Part shown: positions 24,001 to 35,331 of the stretch, piece by piece
How positions within the stretch are numbered: the stretch's first letter is position 1
Layout of the letters: each line of letters begins with the position of its first letter
NCBI RefSeq assembly: GCF_902459465.1
Contig: NC_047067.1
Location: 5,704,001 to 5,768,000 of the forward strand
Length of the DNA stretch: 64,000 nt
Direction of reading: 5' to 3'
Origin: Asterias rubens
Taxonomy: Eukaryota
The notes under the pieces: generated by a model
Told to the model about the DNA's origin: nothing
Seen by the model: the letters and a program-made list of their open reading frames with translations, nothing else
The model's database searches: none
Made by a program: the position numbers and the translations under genes

Positions 24001-27000
24001 ATACTCTTATGTTTGAAAGAAAAACAAATTCTATTTCCAGGTGACTTTAAGGACACAAGGGTCATGACCGGGACTTGAACTCACTCTCTCCTGAACAGAC
24101 ACACCAGAGCTTGAGTCCTGTGCTGTTATCTGCTAGGCCTCAGCATGCCACAATAACATGCCTGTAATTTCGCACTTCATCCTTGGCAGAGTTGAGATAT
24201 TCTTGACTGTCATCCCTACCTTTTCTTCCCTCTCGTAGCTTACAATAAAGATCTTGAAGAGGATGTTGCCGACGACACGTCCGGATGCTTCCAGCGGATG
24301 TTGGTGTCTGTCCTCCAGGGGGCCCGCCCGGAAGGAGATGAAGTTGATCCTGACAAGGCAGCCGCTGATGCTATGGTAAGTCTAGCATGAACGTCTGACG
24401 CCACACTTTGTGGCTCGAGAATTACGCCAGATATCTGCCTTGAGCGTACTCGCAATCGGTGTGTCATACATGGGGTGGATTTCACAAAAAGCTAAGACTA
24501 CTCTTATGAGTTACTCGTCGTAACTTAGGACTAGTCTTAAGTTTTTAATATCTCCTAGGACTAGTCCTAACTCTTTGTGAAATCCATCCCTGCTCCTACA
24601 CTATGTCACCAGCCATCTGCTTTATAGCCCTGCTAGTTTATACATCTCTCATAGCAACCCAGTCTGTTTTTAATAAGGGAATAAAAGGGTAGCGACGAGT
24701 TCTTACACGGCCGTTTAAAGCCGGCAACGTCGAATTGCCGTGTGATAAAAGCCCGAGCTGAAGTTGAGGTCCTTTATCGCATGGCAATTCGACCCAGCAT
24801 GGTTTTAAACGGACGTGTAAGAACGAGTCACTACTCTTTTATTCCCATTCATAAATGCCCTTCTGTTAAAAAACGTTAACAAAATACAATTACAGACACT
24901 TTGACAGTTGAAAATTTGAGGTTGAATTTTTATTTTTTTTATACTTTGTGAAGAGTATGTTGCGTGTGGGTTGTGTGTATTCGCGCGCATGCGCTTAAAA
25001 ATAGATTACGCTTGTGCGCTTAGAAATAGATTACGTGCTGTTACATAGCTATTAACCGCGCCTTCTGCGTGATAATCTTGCGCGCCGACACACGGAAGCC
25101 AGCCGGTTATAAACACTGGTCATTTTCAACCGATTAAACACGCCCACGTGACACGCTCTCCACCAATAGGAGTAGAAAAACTGTCTGGGGTATTTATGAA
25201 TAAATGTTTTCTTGTTCCCTGTTTGTCTTGTCTCGTTGTTTGTAGAGTGTCTGTCTAGGCTGTCTTCTACAAGCCTTGGCTTAATCTGACAGCCTCATAT
25301 TTTCTTTATTATGTTTTACATAGATTAACTATTTTCCCTCCATCCTCTGTGCTTATTGTTTTGCTTATCCATGTAATATTTTGTATACTCTTGTAGATGC
25401 ATTCACCACATCATATCATATGTTTTGTATGTTTGTTTTATGATACCAGTTGTTATCATATTGCAGGCAATTGGTAGCATATCATTAAAAAACACTTGGA
25501 TGATATTGAACAGTCAGACAGTAGGAGGGTTGACTGTGTACTGTGTAGATGCATTCACCATGTATAACTTTTCATCATATTGCAGGCTTATTGATAGTTT
25601 TTCATTACAAAGCAAAGTGGATGATATTGTATGGTTGGACATCATTGCAGTTGACTGTGTACTGTATAGATGCATTTCCCACATGAGATCATATTTTATG
25701 GTATCGGTTTTTTTCATATTGCAGGCTTATTTGTAGCTTATCATTACAAAACATAGTGAATGGTACCAATTGGTTAGACAGTAGAAAGGTTGACTGTATT
25801 GACCCCTTGCACGAGCGTCACACACGGCGACTTATGCCACGTTAACCACCATGCTGTTGGTCAGTTAGGTTTACGTGTATTAATGTCGCGTCACCTAAAA
25901 TGTGCACTTCACTGCATAACGCAGGGCATACAGTTATGTATATATAAAAATGCACCGTGAAATTGCCCACCAGTATGGCGCATTCAAGATTTTTCTGATG
26001 ATGACGTCAGGTGAAATGGGTCAATACTGTGTATAAATGCATTCACCACATGATATTATATTTGTTATTGGCATAGATATAATTACATTTTACATGTGAC
26101 AATAAAACATTATTTATACTTTATTTATTCCTAAACACAGCAGCTGTTTATTTATTGGTCAAACAGTAGGAGGGTTAAGACTTGTAATAACGGTGCAAAC
26201 TTTCTTGATCATTGTTAGTGGTTAAAGGCAGTGGACACTATTGGTAATTACTCAAAATAATTATTCGCATGAAACCTTTCTTGGTGACGAGTAATGGAGA
26301 GAGGCTGATGGTATGAAACATTGTGAGAAACAGCTCCCTCTGAAGTGCCATAGTTTTCGAGAAAGAAGTAATTTTCCATGAATTTGATTTCGAGACCTCA
26401 GGTTTAGAACTTGAGGTCTCGAAATCAACCACGCACACAACTTCGTGTGACATGGGCGTTTTCTTCTTTCATTATTATCTCGCAACTTTGATGACCGATT
26501 AAGCTTAAATTTTCACAGGTTAGTTATTTTATGCATATGTTGAGATACAGCAACTGTGAAGGCTAGTCTTTGACAATTACCAATAGTGTCCACTGCCTTT
26601 AACCCTATACAGCAACTGTGAAGGCTAGTCTTTGACAATTACCAATAGTGTCCACTGCCTTTAAGACCTCTGTGTGTACATGTACTTCCAGGCCCTCTAT
26701 AAAGCAGGAGAGGATAAATGGGGCACAGATGAGTCACGCTTCAACGCCATTCTGATCTCGCGCAGCTACGCTCAGCTACGAGCGACGTTTGAAGAATACG
26801 GGAAAATCTCTAAGAACGACATCGAGCAGGCCATTAAGAAGGAGATGAGCGGAGATGTTAAGGAAGGAATGCTGACAGTGGGTAAGTTGTAAAAATTTGA
26901 AGTAGGATTTGAAACTTTGCATGGTGGAATTATGATCAAGAAAGGTTTGCGGTCAAACCATGTCATGATAATCTCTCAGTGAGTTTGGGTGGTTTCTGCA

Positions 27001-28529
27001 AAGAACCGTAGGTTTCAACTCGACATTTGGATCAGCATACTCTGATCGTCTTCTGGAGAAGAGTATACTGATCGAAACGTCGAGTTGAAACCTACGGTTA
27101 TTTGCAGAACCACCCTAACTCAGTTAGAGATTATCATAACATGGTATTAGCGCAAACCTTATTAGATTGTAAATTTCTACTGGAGCGTTTCAAGGGCACC
27201 AAGGCAATAACCAGGGGGCATGGAGGCAATCACCTTTGTTGCCTCCGTGAAGTATTCAGGACTGACCTCTGTGTGTTTAATTGCTTATACTGCCCCTGTG
27301 GTTTTTCAGCTGCACTGGGCTTTCAGATTGGCTCAGTGCTTTCTCTGTTGCATTTCATCTTTATGGGCTCGCTTAATGATTGTTGGTAGTTTTCAGTCTT
27401 AACAATGCTTTAATAACCTTCTTTGTTTTGTCTTGCCAGTGAGATGTGTCCGCAACAAGCATAAGTTCTTTTCCGACAGGCTCCATAAGTGTATGAAGGT
27501 ACGTGCATCTTGCAACTTCTCCTCCTTAAAAAATATAATCATGCCTCTTCCCAAAACAATCGCATTGATATTTGAGTCGTTGCTTTGTAGAATTTTTGTC
27601 TGACTTCACTATTATTATTAATTTTTTTTCTGTGATCAGGGCGCTGGAACCGATGATAATACCTTGATGAGGATCGTTGTATCTCGCTGCGAGGTGGATT
27701 TGCAAAACATCAAAGCAGAATTCCAATCGGCATTCAACCAAACTCTGGGCAAATTCATCGCTGTAAGTATCCTTCACTCTGGGAGCCTCAACTATTTATG
27801 GCAGGGGTGGCTAGTGGTAATGCCATTTTTCACATGAATGCTAAATCGTGTCTTTTTGTTGAGGAATGGACATTTTACAATTTTCTAATGTACATTTTTA
27901 ATATTGCTGGAAATTACTTGTGTCTTTATTTTGTATTTTTTATTTTGTTTAATTGTGTGCAGTTGTTTTGTTTTCACATTTTACTGTGTTTTTGTGTATT
28001 GATATTTTATATAATTATTGAGAGGGTATCATTTAATTTTGAAGCTTTGGATTTAATAAAGTTGTATCTAATTTAATCTAGTGTGTAACGCACTCTCATC
28101 TCACCACTATGGTGCTGGTTCGATTCTCATATGGGACAAGAGTTGGGGAGGCCCCTTGGAGTTCCTTTTACCTCACACTTTCACACTGCCCTTCCTAGGC
28201 CCCTATGCCACAGGGTTTTCGATGGCACGGTTTTACCGCTTACCCCTACTCCAGAGTAAGGGTGAAAATTCCCTGGGGTGGCTCTTCCCCGGGGTATGCC
28301 CATTTGCCGAGGTAGATCAGGGGTAAAGTGAACCAAGTGTACTACGACTGGCCGTTATTCCCCCGGGGTTGGCCCCAGGGATAGAGTAGTGTGAAAAGGG
28401 CTTCTTTGCCACAGTAACACACTTGTACCCCTACTCATAAGAGCCATTCATTTTTCTTTCCTGATACAGGGAGATACGTCTGGAGATTACAAGAAGATCT
28501 TACTGGCCTTGGTCGGAGGCGAGAACTAA
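10503..28529 (+). CDS. DZANK1-like (zinc-ribbon-less) ankyrin protein fused to a complete annexin core; 20 coding exons, about 881 aa
   Basis: Exons: 10503-10614, 11015-11159, 12484-12613, 14639-14754, 15312-15414, 15948-16268, 16607-16721, 17921-17953, 18973-19058, 19578-19789, 20707-21028, 21597-21678, 22240-22334, 22524-22637, 23096-23186, 24239-24375, 26692-26881, 27440-27498, 27640-27762, 28470-28529. All introns are GT-AG and all phases match. The summed length is 2646 nt, one frame ending in TAA. Confidence 0.85.
11392..11778 (-). mobile_element. MITE family A copy
   Basis: ttaaaggcagtggacactattgg...caatagtgttcattgtctttaa, reverse orientation relative to the 6105 copy. Confidence 0.9.
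13029..13178. mobile_element. ~150-bp MITE with TIRs aatgggagactttc (second copy 14437-14564)
   Basis: Inverted ends aatgggagactttc/gaaagtctcctatt and a shared interior between the two copies. Confidence 0.8.
13263..13461 (-). mobile_element. tRNA(Gly-TCC-like)-derived SINE
   Basis: The minus strand reads ggttggtgtagtggt (A box)...ccttccaa...ggttcgaatccc (B box), followed by a non-tRNA body. The anticodon stem does not pair. Confidence 0.75.
13691..14053. mobile_element. TTAA-flanked MITE family B (~365 bp)
   Basis: TIR TTAA|AGGAACACGTTGCCTTGGATCGG at both ends. Long internal inverted arms. Confidence 0.9.
16740..16959 (+). mobile_element. MITE family A copy with internal deletion
   Basis: Both TIRs are present; about 170 bp of the interior is missing. 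Confidence 0.85.
17229..17594. mobile_element. MITE family B copy
   Basis: Same TIRs and TTAA flanks as the 13691 copy. Confidence 0.9.
18325..18698 (+). mobile_element. MITE family A copy
   Basis: Degenerate left TIR, intact right TIR gtgtccactgcctttaa. Confidence 0.85.
19122..19277 (-). mobile_element. tRNA-derived SINE (fragments also near 23420, 24060, 40720)
   Basis: The minus strand has gggttcgaatccc (B box) and cacccaggggtataaatgggtacc, resembling the conserved central domain of deuterostome SINEs. Confidence 0.7.
21597..28529 (+). CDS. Annexin core (exons 12-20, 316 aa, four repeats)
   Basis: Four endonexin folds are present: AMKGLGTDE, IKGLGTDE, GEDKWGTDESRF and MKGAGTDD, with the C-terminus GDTSGDYKKILLALVGGEN*. 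Subfamily cannot be assigned from memory. Confidence 0.97.
21861..22130 (+). repeat. Intronic tandem duplication, period about 138 bp
   Basis: tttttataa..aactgaaatggcgt..gtgactcccta occurs twice. Confidence 0.85.
23485..24050 (+). mobile_element. Non-autonomous TTAA-flanked DNA transposon with a THAP-like N-terminal remnant (Kolobok-like)
   Basis: TTAA|AGTCACCTGGAA...TTCCAGGTGACT|TTAA. MPTRCIAAECRKT begins at 23766. Internal inverted repeat at 23651-23734 and 23821-23903. Confidence 0.75.
24740..25200 (+). repeat. Dispersed ~460-bp repeat (second copy about 38735-39194), unclassified
   Basis: Shared aagaacgagtcactactcttttatt...gccagccggttataaacactggtca...ggggtatttatgaat. Inverted motif attcataaatgccc/gggtatttatgaat. 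Confidence 0.8.
25394..25810 (+). repeat. Diverged ~120-150 bp tandem repeat (3 copies, a fourth fragment near 26030)
   Basis: Recurrent agatgcattcaccac...atattgcagg...gttgactgt. Confidence 0.7.
26222..26664 (-). mobile_element. MITE family A copy with a duplicated 58-bp terminus
   Basis: The element spans 26222-26602. Segment 26545-26602 is repeated exactly at 26607-26664. Confidence 0.9.
26942..27160. repeat. Intronic palindrome with ~100-bp arms
   Basis: aaggtttgcg...gatcagcatactct mirrors agagtatactgatc...cgcaaacctt, with a spacer of about 20 nt. Confidence 0.85.
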
Positions 28530-31350
28530 AGGAGTCAACTTGTTCATCTCATCAATTCATTATCCTTCAATACCCTTTGAAGATTTTACGTACACTTTAA
28601 CTTTTTAACTAAAATGACAATCTCAGGCAGATAGACTTCTAAGGATGTGTGGTACCCTGACTATCTAGCCAATTACCATGTTAATTTAAACTACTCAACC
28701 CAGAGCTGAGTATTGAGAGTTGGGCCAATCCAAAAACTGTGTGCGAACACAAGGTGCCAGACTATTCTGCACACTTGGTTCCAGACTAGACTGCACATTG
28801 GGTTGTGCTACAAATTGATCAAAAGTGGCGTAAAGCAACCATGTGACCAAAGAAAACTAGTCCCACCATACTGCAACTCTCTCAAAAAAAAGCTCTGATG
28901 ACCTAACCAAAAGGATCAAGTTGTGAATATTATTAATGCATGTGCAAAGTTTGTGTAATGTCTTAGTCTACACAGAGTACTTAAAAAGAATCTGTGATCA
29001 AAGCCAATTTAGAAATAGAAATCATCAGCTGTATTTTTTAGTATTTATGTGACTCTGATAGATGTTGATAATTGACTTTGGTAATTTTAAAATATAGTAA
29101 GTGTCTGTCTGGTCAAGAAGATATATTTTTTCCTTTTAATTACAGTATGTATATTTTTGTGAAGTTGACTGATTTGTATATTTTGCTCTGTATGACCGCA
29201 ATCCTTCAAGCAATTGAAACAAGCTTTGCAAAGTAGTAAAGGCAGTTAGTTAAATATTTGAAGATACTGCATTGTGAAAACTATACCAGATTAATTTAGT
29301 CCCGACCCCTTTACCCTTTGGCCCAAGACGTCACTTTCTCATACACGTAACGTAACCAATAACCCGCCCAGTAGGCGCGCTTTTTTTCGTGAACTCATTT
29401 TGGTTGACAAAAGCTGGAAAATGGAACTTTATCTGGATTTGTTCATTGCAGTCATTGTATTGTATTGTGTCCTGCTGTAGAACAGACTTGTTTGATAAAT
29501 ATGTTGACTATTTTTGTAGATGAAGAACTCAAAAAGTACTTCATGTATATTATCGATTGTTAATGTCCATGTACATGTACATGTACATTTAATCAGGGAA
29601 AAAGAAATTCCTTAACAAATTCCAACAATTTCTTGTAGAGAACACATTTGATCAGGTAAAAAGAAATTCCTTAATACATTCCAACAATTTCTTGTAGAGA
29701 TTACATTTACCTCAAATGTTAAAATATTTCTCCTCTCAAAGTAAAAGTGTGAATTTAAACAGACATGGAATTTCACCTTTGAGAGGGAAAGGCCATTTTC
29801 AATTTCCAAAGGAATTTCTGATGAAAAAGCTTGAAGTGTGGAGATTTGTTGAAGGGGCACCGAGGACAAGACCAGAGACCAATTTCATAAAGGTGTTAAA
29901 GGATTTGGGTACGTTTTCAAAAGTCCATAGATTTACCTTAAACTTACAGGGTTTGAAGATAATGATAGTGGAAAGCTTCCCTTCAATTATTACTTACTAT
30001 GGTGCTGTAGTTTTTGAGAAATTAGTAAAACAATGTCATGAAAATACGTTTTTACTGCTTAAAATAATTTCCGTCTCATGAGACAAAAATTATTTTCATT
30101 ACATTCCCAAAAACTGCAGCACCTCAGCACGTAATATTTTCAGGGAAGCTTTCTTCTGTCATTATCTTCGAACTGTGTAAGTTTAGTGTAAATCTGTGGA
30201 CATTGTGTTTTTTGTCCTACAAAAAGTACAATCTACATACACCCTTTAAGCAGAAAATACTGCTGGACAAATTTCTTTGCTAAGTGATAATTGAGTCGGG
30301 CACAAGCCACAACAAGAATGTAATTTTGGCTCTTAACCTGTTTTAAGCCATTAACTATTTTTGGCTGTTTCTGTTAAGCAATACTTTTCTGTGCTAAGCA
30401 AATTGTTGTGCTTACATTATAGGCTCTGTGAAATGTGGCCCTGGGCAACCTCACCAACCTCCCTGTAATTCCAGGCCTGTATTTTAAATAAAGTTAAACA
30501 ATTATTGTCAGCTGCAATACAAACAAACTTGGCTACAAAAAAAAACATAAAACCCACCAATTTTTAAGGAATGAATACATTCTTTAAAATTTGCGATATC
30601 AAGAAAAACATTAACAGAATAAATATAAATGTATAAAAAACAAACCATCACCCCAAGGAGATTTCTTTTCTTTTAATCACTGTTAGTAACAATAATTTTA
30701 TGCAGCTTTAACCACTGTGTGTTTTAACACATGACATCTTCGATTGTCTTAGGAGTTGTGAAGAATCTTTCTGAAAGCCCTGGGCCATACATCCTGCGAA
30801 GGGAATTTTGGTGGCGCAGTAATTGGTAGGCGCTATTCCAATTGTGACGCAAGTAGGCCTGATTTGCCCCCTGTTCATTGCCTTGGTGCCCTTATAATGC
30901 TCCAGTAGAAATTGACAATTTCCTCATAGGGTGCTCTTTATCAAGGAGAAAATACCTTGGTGCCCTTGCCCTTTCTAAAATTAAGCATACAGGCCTGCGC
31001 AGGGAAAAACGCGTCTCAGAAGCATTTGCAGGAAGTGTGAACCGGGCTTTAGGCTATTGATAATCCATTTACTGTAGCCTTGAATACAGATTTACTTGCG
31101 AGAACATTCAACCTGCCGTGCAGTATGTCTTCACCGCGTCTCAGCTCGTCTCAAATCACATAATCCTCACTTAAAAGAGATTATTCCGTCACCAGGGGTT
31201 ATGAATTAAAGATCAATTGTTCAGATCGAACTCGTCCTCACTTCTTTTTCAAGAAATTAGTCAATCTTGAACAGTTTTTTATCTTGCATCATCCCTGTAG
31301 TGTTTCTATGTCAGTTTGATGACTGGCGCCAACACGTCACTGATGGGATC

Positions 31351-34300
31351 TTAATCAGACACGGTTTCCATCATTAATTCCTCCATTACCTGAATTGCCT
31401 GGGGGGAAAAACAAAACAAATAAAATGTAGTGTATAGACGATGTGACCTTTGTTTACATTCAAACCGCCCTCTGTTGACAAAACGCTGTACATGTCATGT
31501 TTCGTCGGGCAAAAAGCAGGTAATCATGGTAAGCTGGCGTGTACATTGTACTTTCTAGCTGGCTGCCAAAACACAAAGGTTTTGCTTGGCGGTATGTGCG
31601 CGAATCCTGTTATGGTTTTCAAGTGATGTCACATCGTCTATACGTTTGATAATTAATGGCTATTAAAAGCCTTTGGTAAAAAGCATAAAGCAGCGTTTGA
31701 TAGTGTAAAGTATTTTGAGAAACATTTCACTTCGAAATAATGTGGATATTTAAACAGATTCCCCAAATTTTGAGTTTCTGCCCACGGATTGTGCATGGAC
31801 ATATTCCACTCTGGATTTTCAGGGGTTATCTCAAAAACATAACCACATTTTGAAATGATAATTTCAGCTGTTCCAACATCTAAAGGTACAGGCCTGGAAT
31901 AACACACAGGGCACAAAAGCCATGGCCTCCGTTGCCCCTGGTCTTTGCCTTGGTGCCCTTTCAAAAGTTTCCCATTGACTTTTAGATTTTCAAATGAAAA
32001 TGGCCTTGCCCTCTCAAAGATGAAATTCCAGACCTGAAGGTATAAATTGCCTTTACACTCATGAGCAATTACCATACATGATTGCAACAAATAAATGTGA
32101 TTTTAGATGTGTTTGGTATACACAAAATGAGGAAATCAGGAATCAATATGAAAAGAAACGGTCACATAACAACTTAACATGTCTGTGTGATTGGATGTTT
32201 CAAGGTATGAAATCAGACATGGCAAACTCGTCTACAGAACTTCACTCACCTTCATCCCTCCTTTCTTGGCAAACCCTTGAAGAAACGTCTCCACCAATCC
32301 TCCAAGTATACCAAAGCCTTTGATGTGCAGACCCCCTGATTGTTTTAACTGAGTCCTGTGGATAAGAATAAAATCAGAGTACATGTATTTAGATTTGAGA
32401 CTGTGCAAAGAGACTTCTCTGGTCTGTGCTCAATCCCTTTTCCCATTTGTATAATTACCGCTTGTTTAACAAACTATTGGAAATAAACTTGGGAGAAAAA
32501 TTACAGAAAATGTTACAGAAAAAGCCAGGGGTTAATTTTGTACAGCTGTTTTACGGCCGATTTTGTGCTTACTGTGTGAGTTCCATTTTATAGCGCTGCT
32601 AACCGCATGCACACGAAAAATAATTCTAACAGTCTAGTGCTTACTGCAAGAAAATGAATGACCTAACAAATGCAATGCTAGCTGGCTGCCTAATTTTCTT
32701 GCTACCCTGTGAAATACGCTTACACTCTTGAAAGCACAATTTTCCACTATGGAAAATGACCCCCGAAATCCAAACAAGTAGCTTTTCAAAGGTCAAAAGG
32801 AGTCCAACTCCCACTTCTCCCTTTCCAACTCTGCAGTGGATTTCACAAAGAGTTAAGACTAGTAATATCTCGAGTTTGGACAAGTTACTCATCCTAACTT
32901 AATTCTAGCCATAAGTTTTTTTTATAACTTCTTTGAGTCTTATTATTAGGACTCTTAAGTTAGGACTATCTTTGTGAAGTCAACCCCTTGGCTCGTACCA
33001 TTTCTCATTCTCTGGGCAGATGGAAAACTCTGACTCCTCCCATGAATCTGCATATTTGTTCCATGTCAGACTTCTGCTCTTGACGTAGAGCTTCTTATGT
33101 CGCCGGTCGTACCAAGTTTCCTCTTCAAGATACACAGCCTTCTCATTGAGAACCTGTATCTACATAACAAAGATTGCAAAAAATAGTGACATTATGTTTC
33201 AAACCTAGCAGAGTCTTTCTCCATAAAAGATCATAAAACTTCATGTCCCGATTAAAACCAGTTTTATGAAAAAGACATTCACAATTCATAGCTCAGTGTA
33301 ACTATCCTAGTTGGAATAATGCGTCTACCCTGTTTGGAACCCTCTTACCATGATCAAGATATTAATGATCTCCAATCAAGGACAATTTGGAAAATAGTAA
33401 TAGCTTGTGCCTTGGCCAATTTGTCAACCATACTATGCCGATTGGGGTATACTTCTATCCAAACTGGGAGCCTCTCCCCCCAATGTAAATAATTAGTCCT
33501 TGAATCAATGATAGCCTAACATTTTCTAACCTAGCTAGCTTGACAACCGTGCCCTTATTCATGGCTCTGCTTACCAAAGGCAAAGAATCAGCGCTTACGG
33601 AAGCAGGGACTTCCGCACTAAGTGTATTCAGAGGCTAGCTGTAGCAGAGAATCTTTGCTTGTGCACTTGCCTATATACTAGACATTCTTTGCTTACAATG
33701 CTAGTACAGAAATTCAGCGCTTGCCCTGTAAGCGATGATTGCGATGAAAGAATGATGATTGAATTGAAAGCACAGAATGCGGTTAAGCAGTCAGTCATGA
33801 AATTGGGCCCAACAAAGCTATGTTAAATGAACGTACCCTTCTAAATATTGAGGGAAGTACATTTTTGCAGGATGCTATTCTCCGCTTGTATTCTATACCT
33901 GTTTTAAGATCTGTAACCATGGAAACAAACATAAATTTAAAGTTTTTAAGTGAACAGTCAGCTGTAAACATTTTGCACACAAAAAAGGTCATTATTTTCA
34001 ATTTTGTAAAGGTTACACAAGTTCTGAACAATAGTCCTCAGGCAAGTTGGTTTAACTCAATGTATGAACAGAAATAGACATACCTTTAATTTAAAAAAGA
34101 AAAACAAAAGTATAACAATTATTTTTGATTAAATGTCAATCAACATTCAACACTTCTGTAGTAAATACCTGATATTTCTTCAACCGTTTTCATTCCAGTA
34201 ACATTCTGCTCTTTGCTCGTTGGGTACTAATTTAATCAAAAAGTAAAAAACATTACATTTTATTTTTGAAATAATTATTTGACTTGGAGATGATACTTTT

Positions 34301-34679
34301 GGGCAATTAGGAATTAGTTTTTATTGTCACTCCAAAGTGTGTTGCTATAATCACTAACCTATGTTGAAATATAACTGTTATTCCCAATAAAGCAACTCAT
34401 ATATTTACTAAAAAATATGCTGCTTTAATTGTTCTGTAACTGGAAAAAGTGTGTTCACTATAGTTGCAATAACGATCGCACCTATGTTCACACTAGAGAT
34501 AATTATTAGAAAAATTACCCAATATTATTTTTATCTTTTTAGTTTCCAATATTGCCATTTTCAAATTCCACATCACAGTGGCACATTCCAAAACCATGTG
34601 TTCCTACCTTTGCAAAATGTGTCCTCGCCACAAGATCAAATGGAAATTTGTAAACATGATTAATAATAATCTCAAACAT
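31351..34679 (-). CDS. PRELID2: PRELI domain-containing protein 2-like, 170 aa
   Basis: Exons 34679-34608, 34226-34169, 33910-33837, 33153-32999, 32355-32250 and 31398-31351 are phase-consistent (513 nt). The peptides MFEIIINHVYKFPFDLVA, YPTSKEQNV, TGIEYKRRIASCKNVLP, LEEETW..SLTWNKYA and CPENEKWTQLKQSG align with PRELID2 as I recall it. Confidence 0.88.
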
Positions 34680-35159
34680 TGCAATTCAAAATCCAAACAT
34701 AAAACACCAGAAAGTCTTCAGACGGAATTAAAAGGTACAAGATTCATCTGTGACTGGCACTGGCAGACTCAAATCTTTCAAAGGAAACACAGTGCAGTCA
34801 CTGGCTGAGTCAGTAATTGATTAAAAACAACGCGATAGTAAGATCATAAGATCAATGATTTGGTAGCTCTCGCAGCCAGTGTTGCAGTAAAAAGCACAAC
34901 AAACGTAGTGCAACACCTGTGTACTCATGTGTTATCACTCCGTGTGTACATTCTGTATGCAAATTTTCAAAGTTGCATAACACCTCCAAAACAACATTAC
35001 ATAATCGCCACCGGCGCTTTAGACTAGCAAACCATGCCTAAAGTCTAAACCAACGACTGACGTTGCAGCGCGCGACGGAAGTCAACGAAGCATTCAACTT
35101 TTTCTGAAGATTGATAGTCATGATGTAAACATAAATAATATTTAAAATATGTAACCTAC

Positions 35160-35331
35160 CTTGTTCTATCATGTTTCTTATTGTTGTTGAAGATCAATGC
35201 CGTGTGTTTCTACACCACCAGTAGTTTGTCAAAAGTGAGAAAATAAAAGTCGTGAGAAACAACTTGTCTAACAAGCGTTTTTAAACTCTTGAGGGCGCTG
35301 TTTAAAAATCAGTTGGTGAAATTTACAAAAA
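35160..35331. promoter_or_regulatory. Compact bidirectional promoter and 5' UTR region shared by PRELID2-like and GSKIP
   Basis: A minus-strand donor (g|gtaggt at 35159) marks a non-coding first exon of PRELID2-like. The GSKIP ATG is at 35332, only 172 bp from that exon end. Confidence 0.6.
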
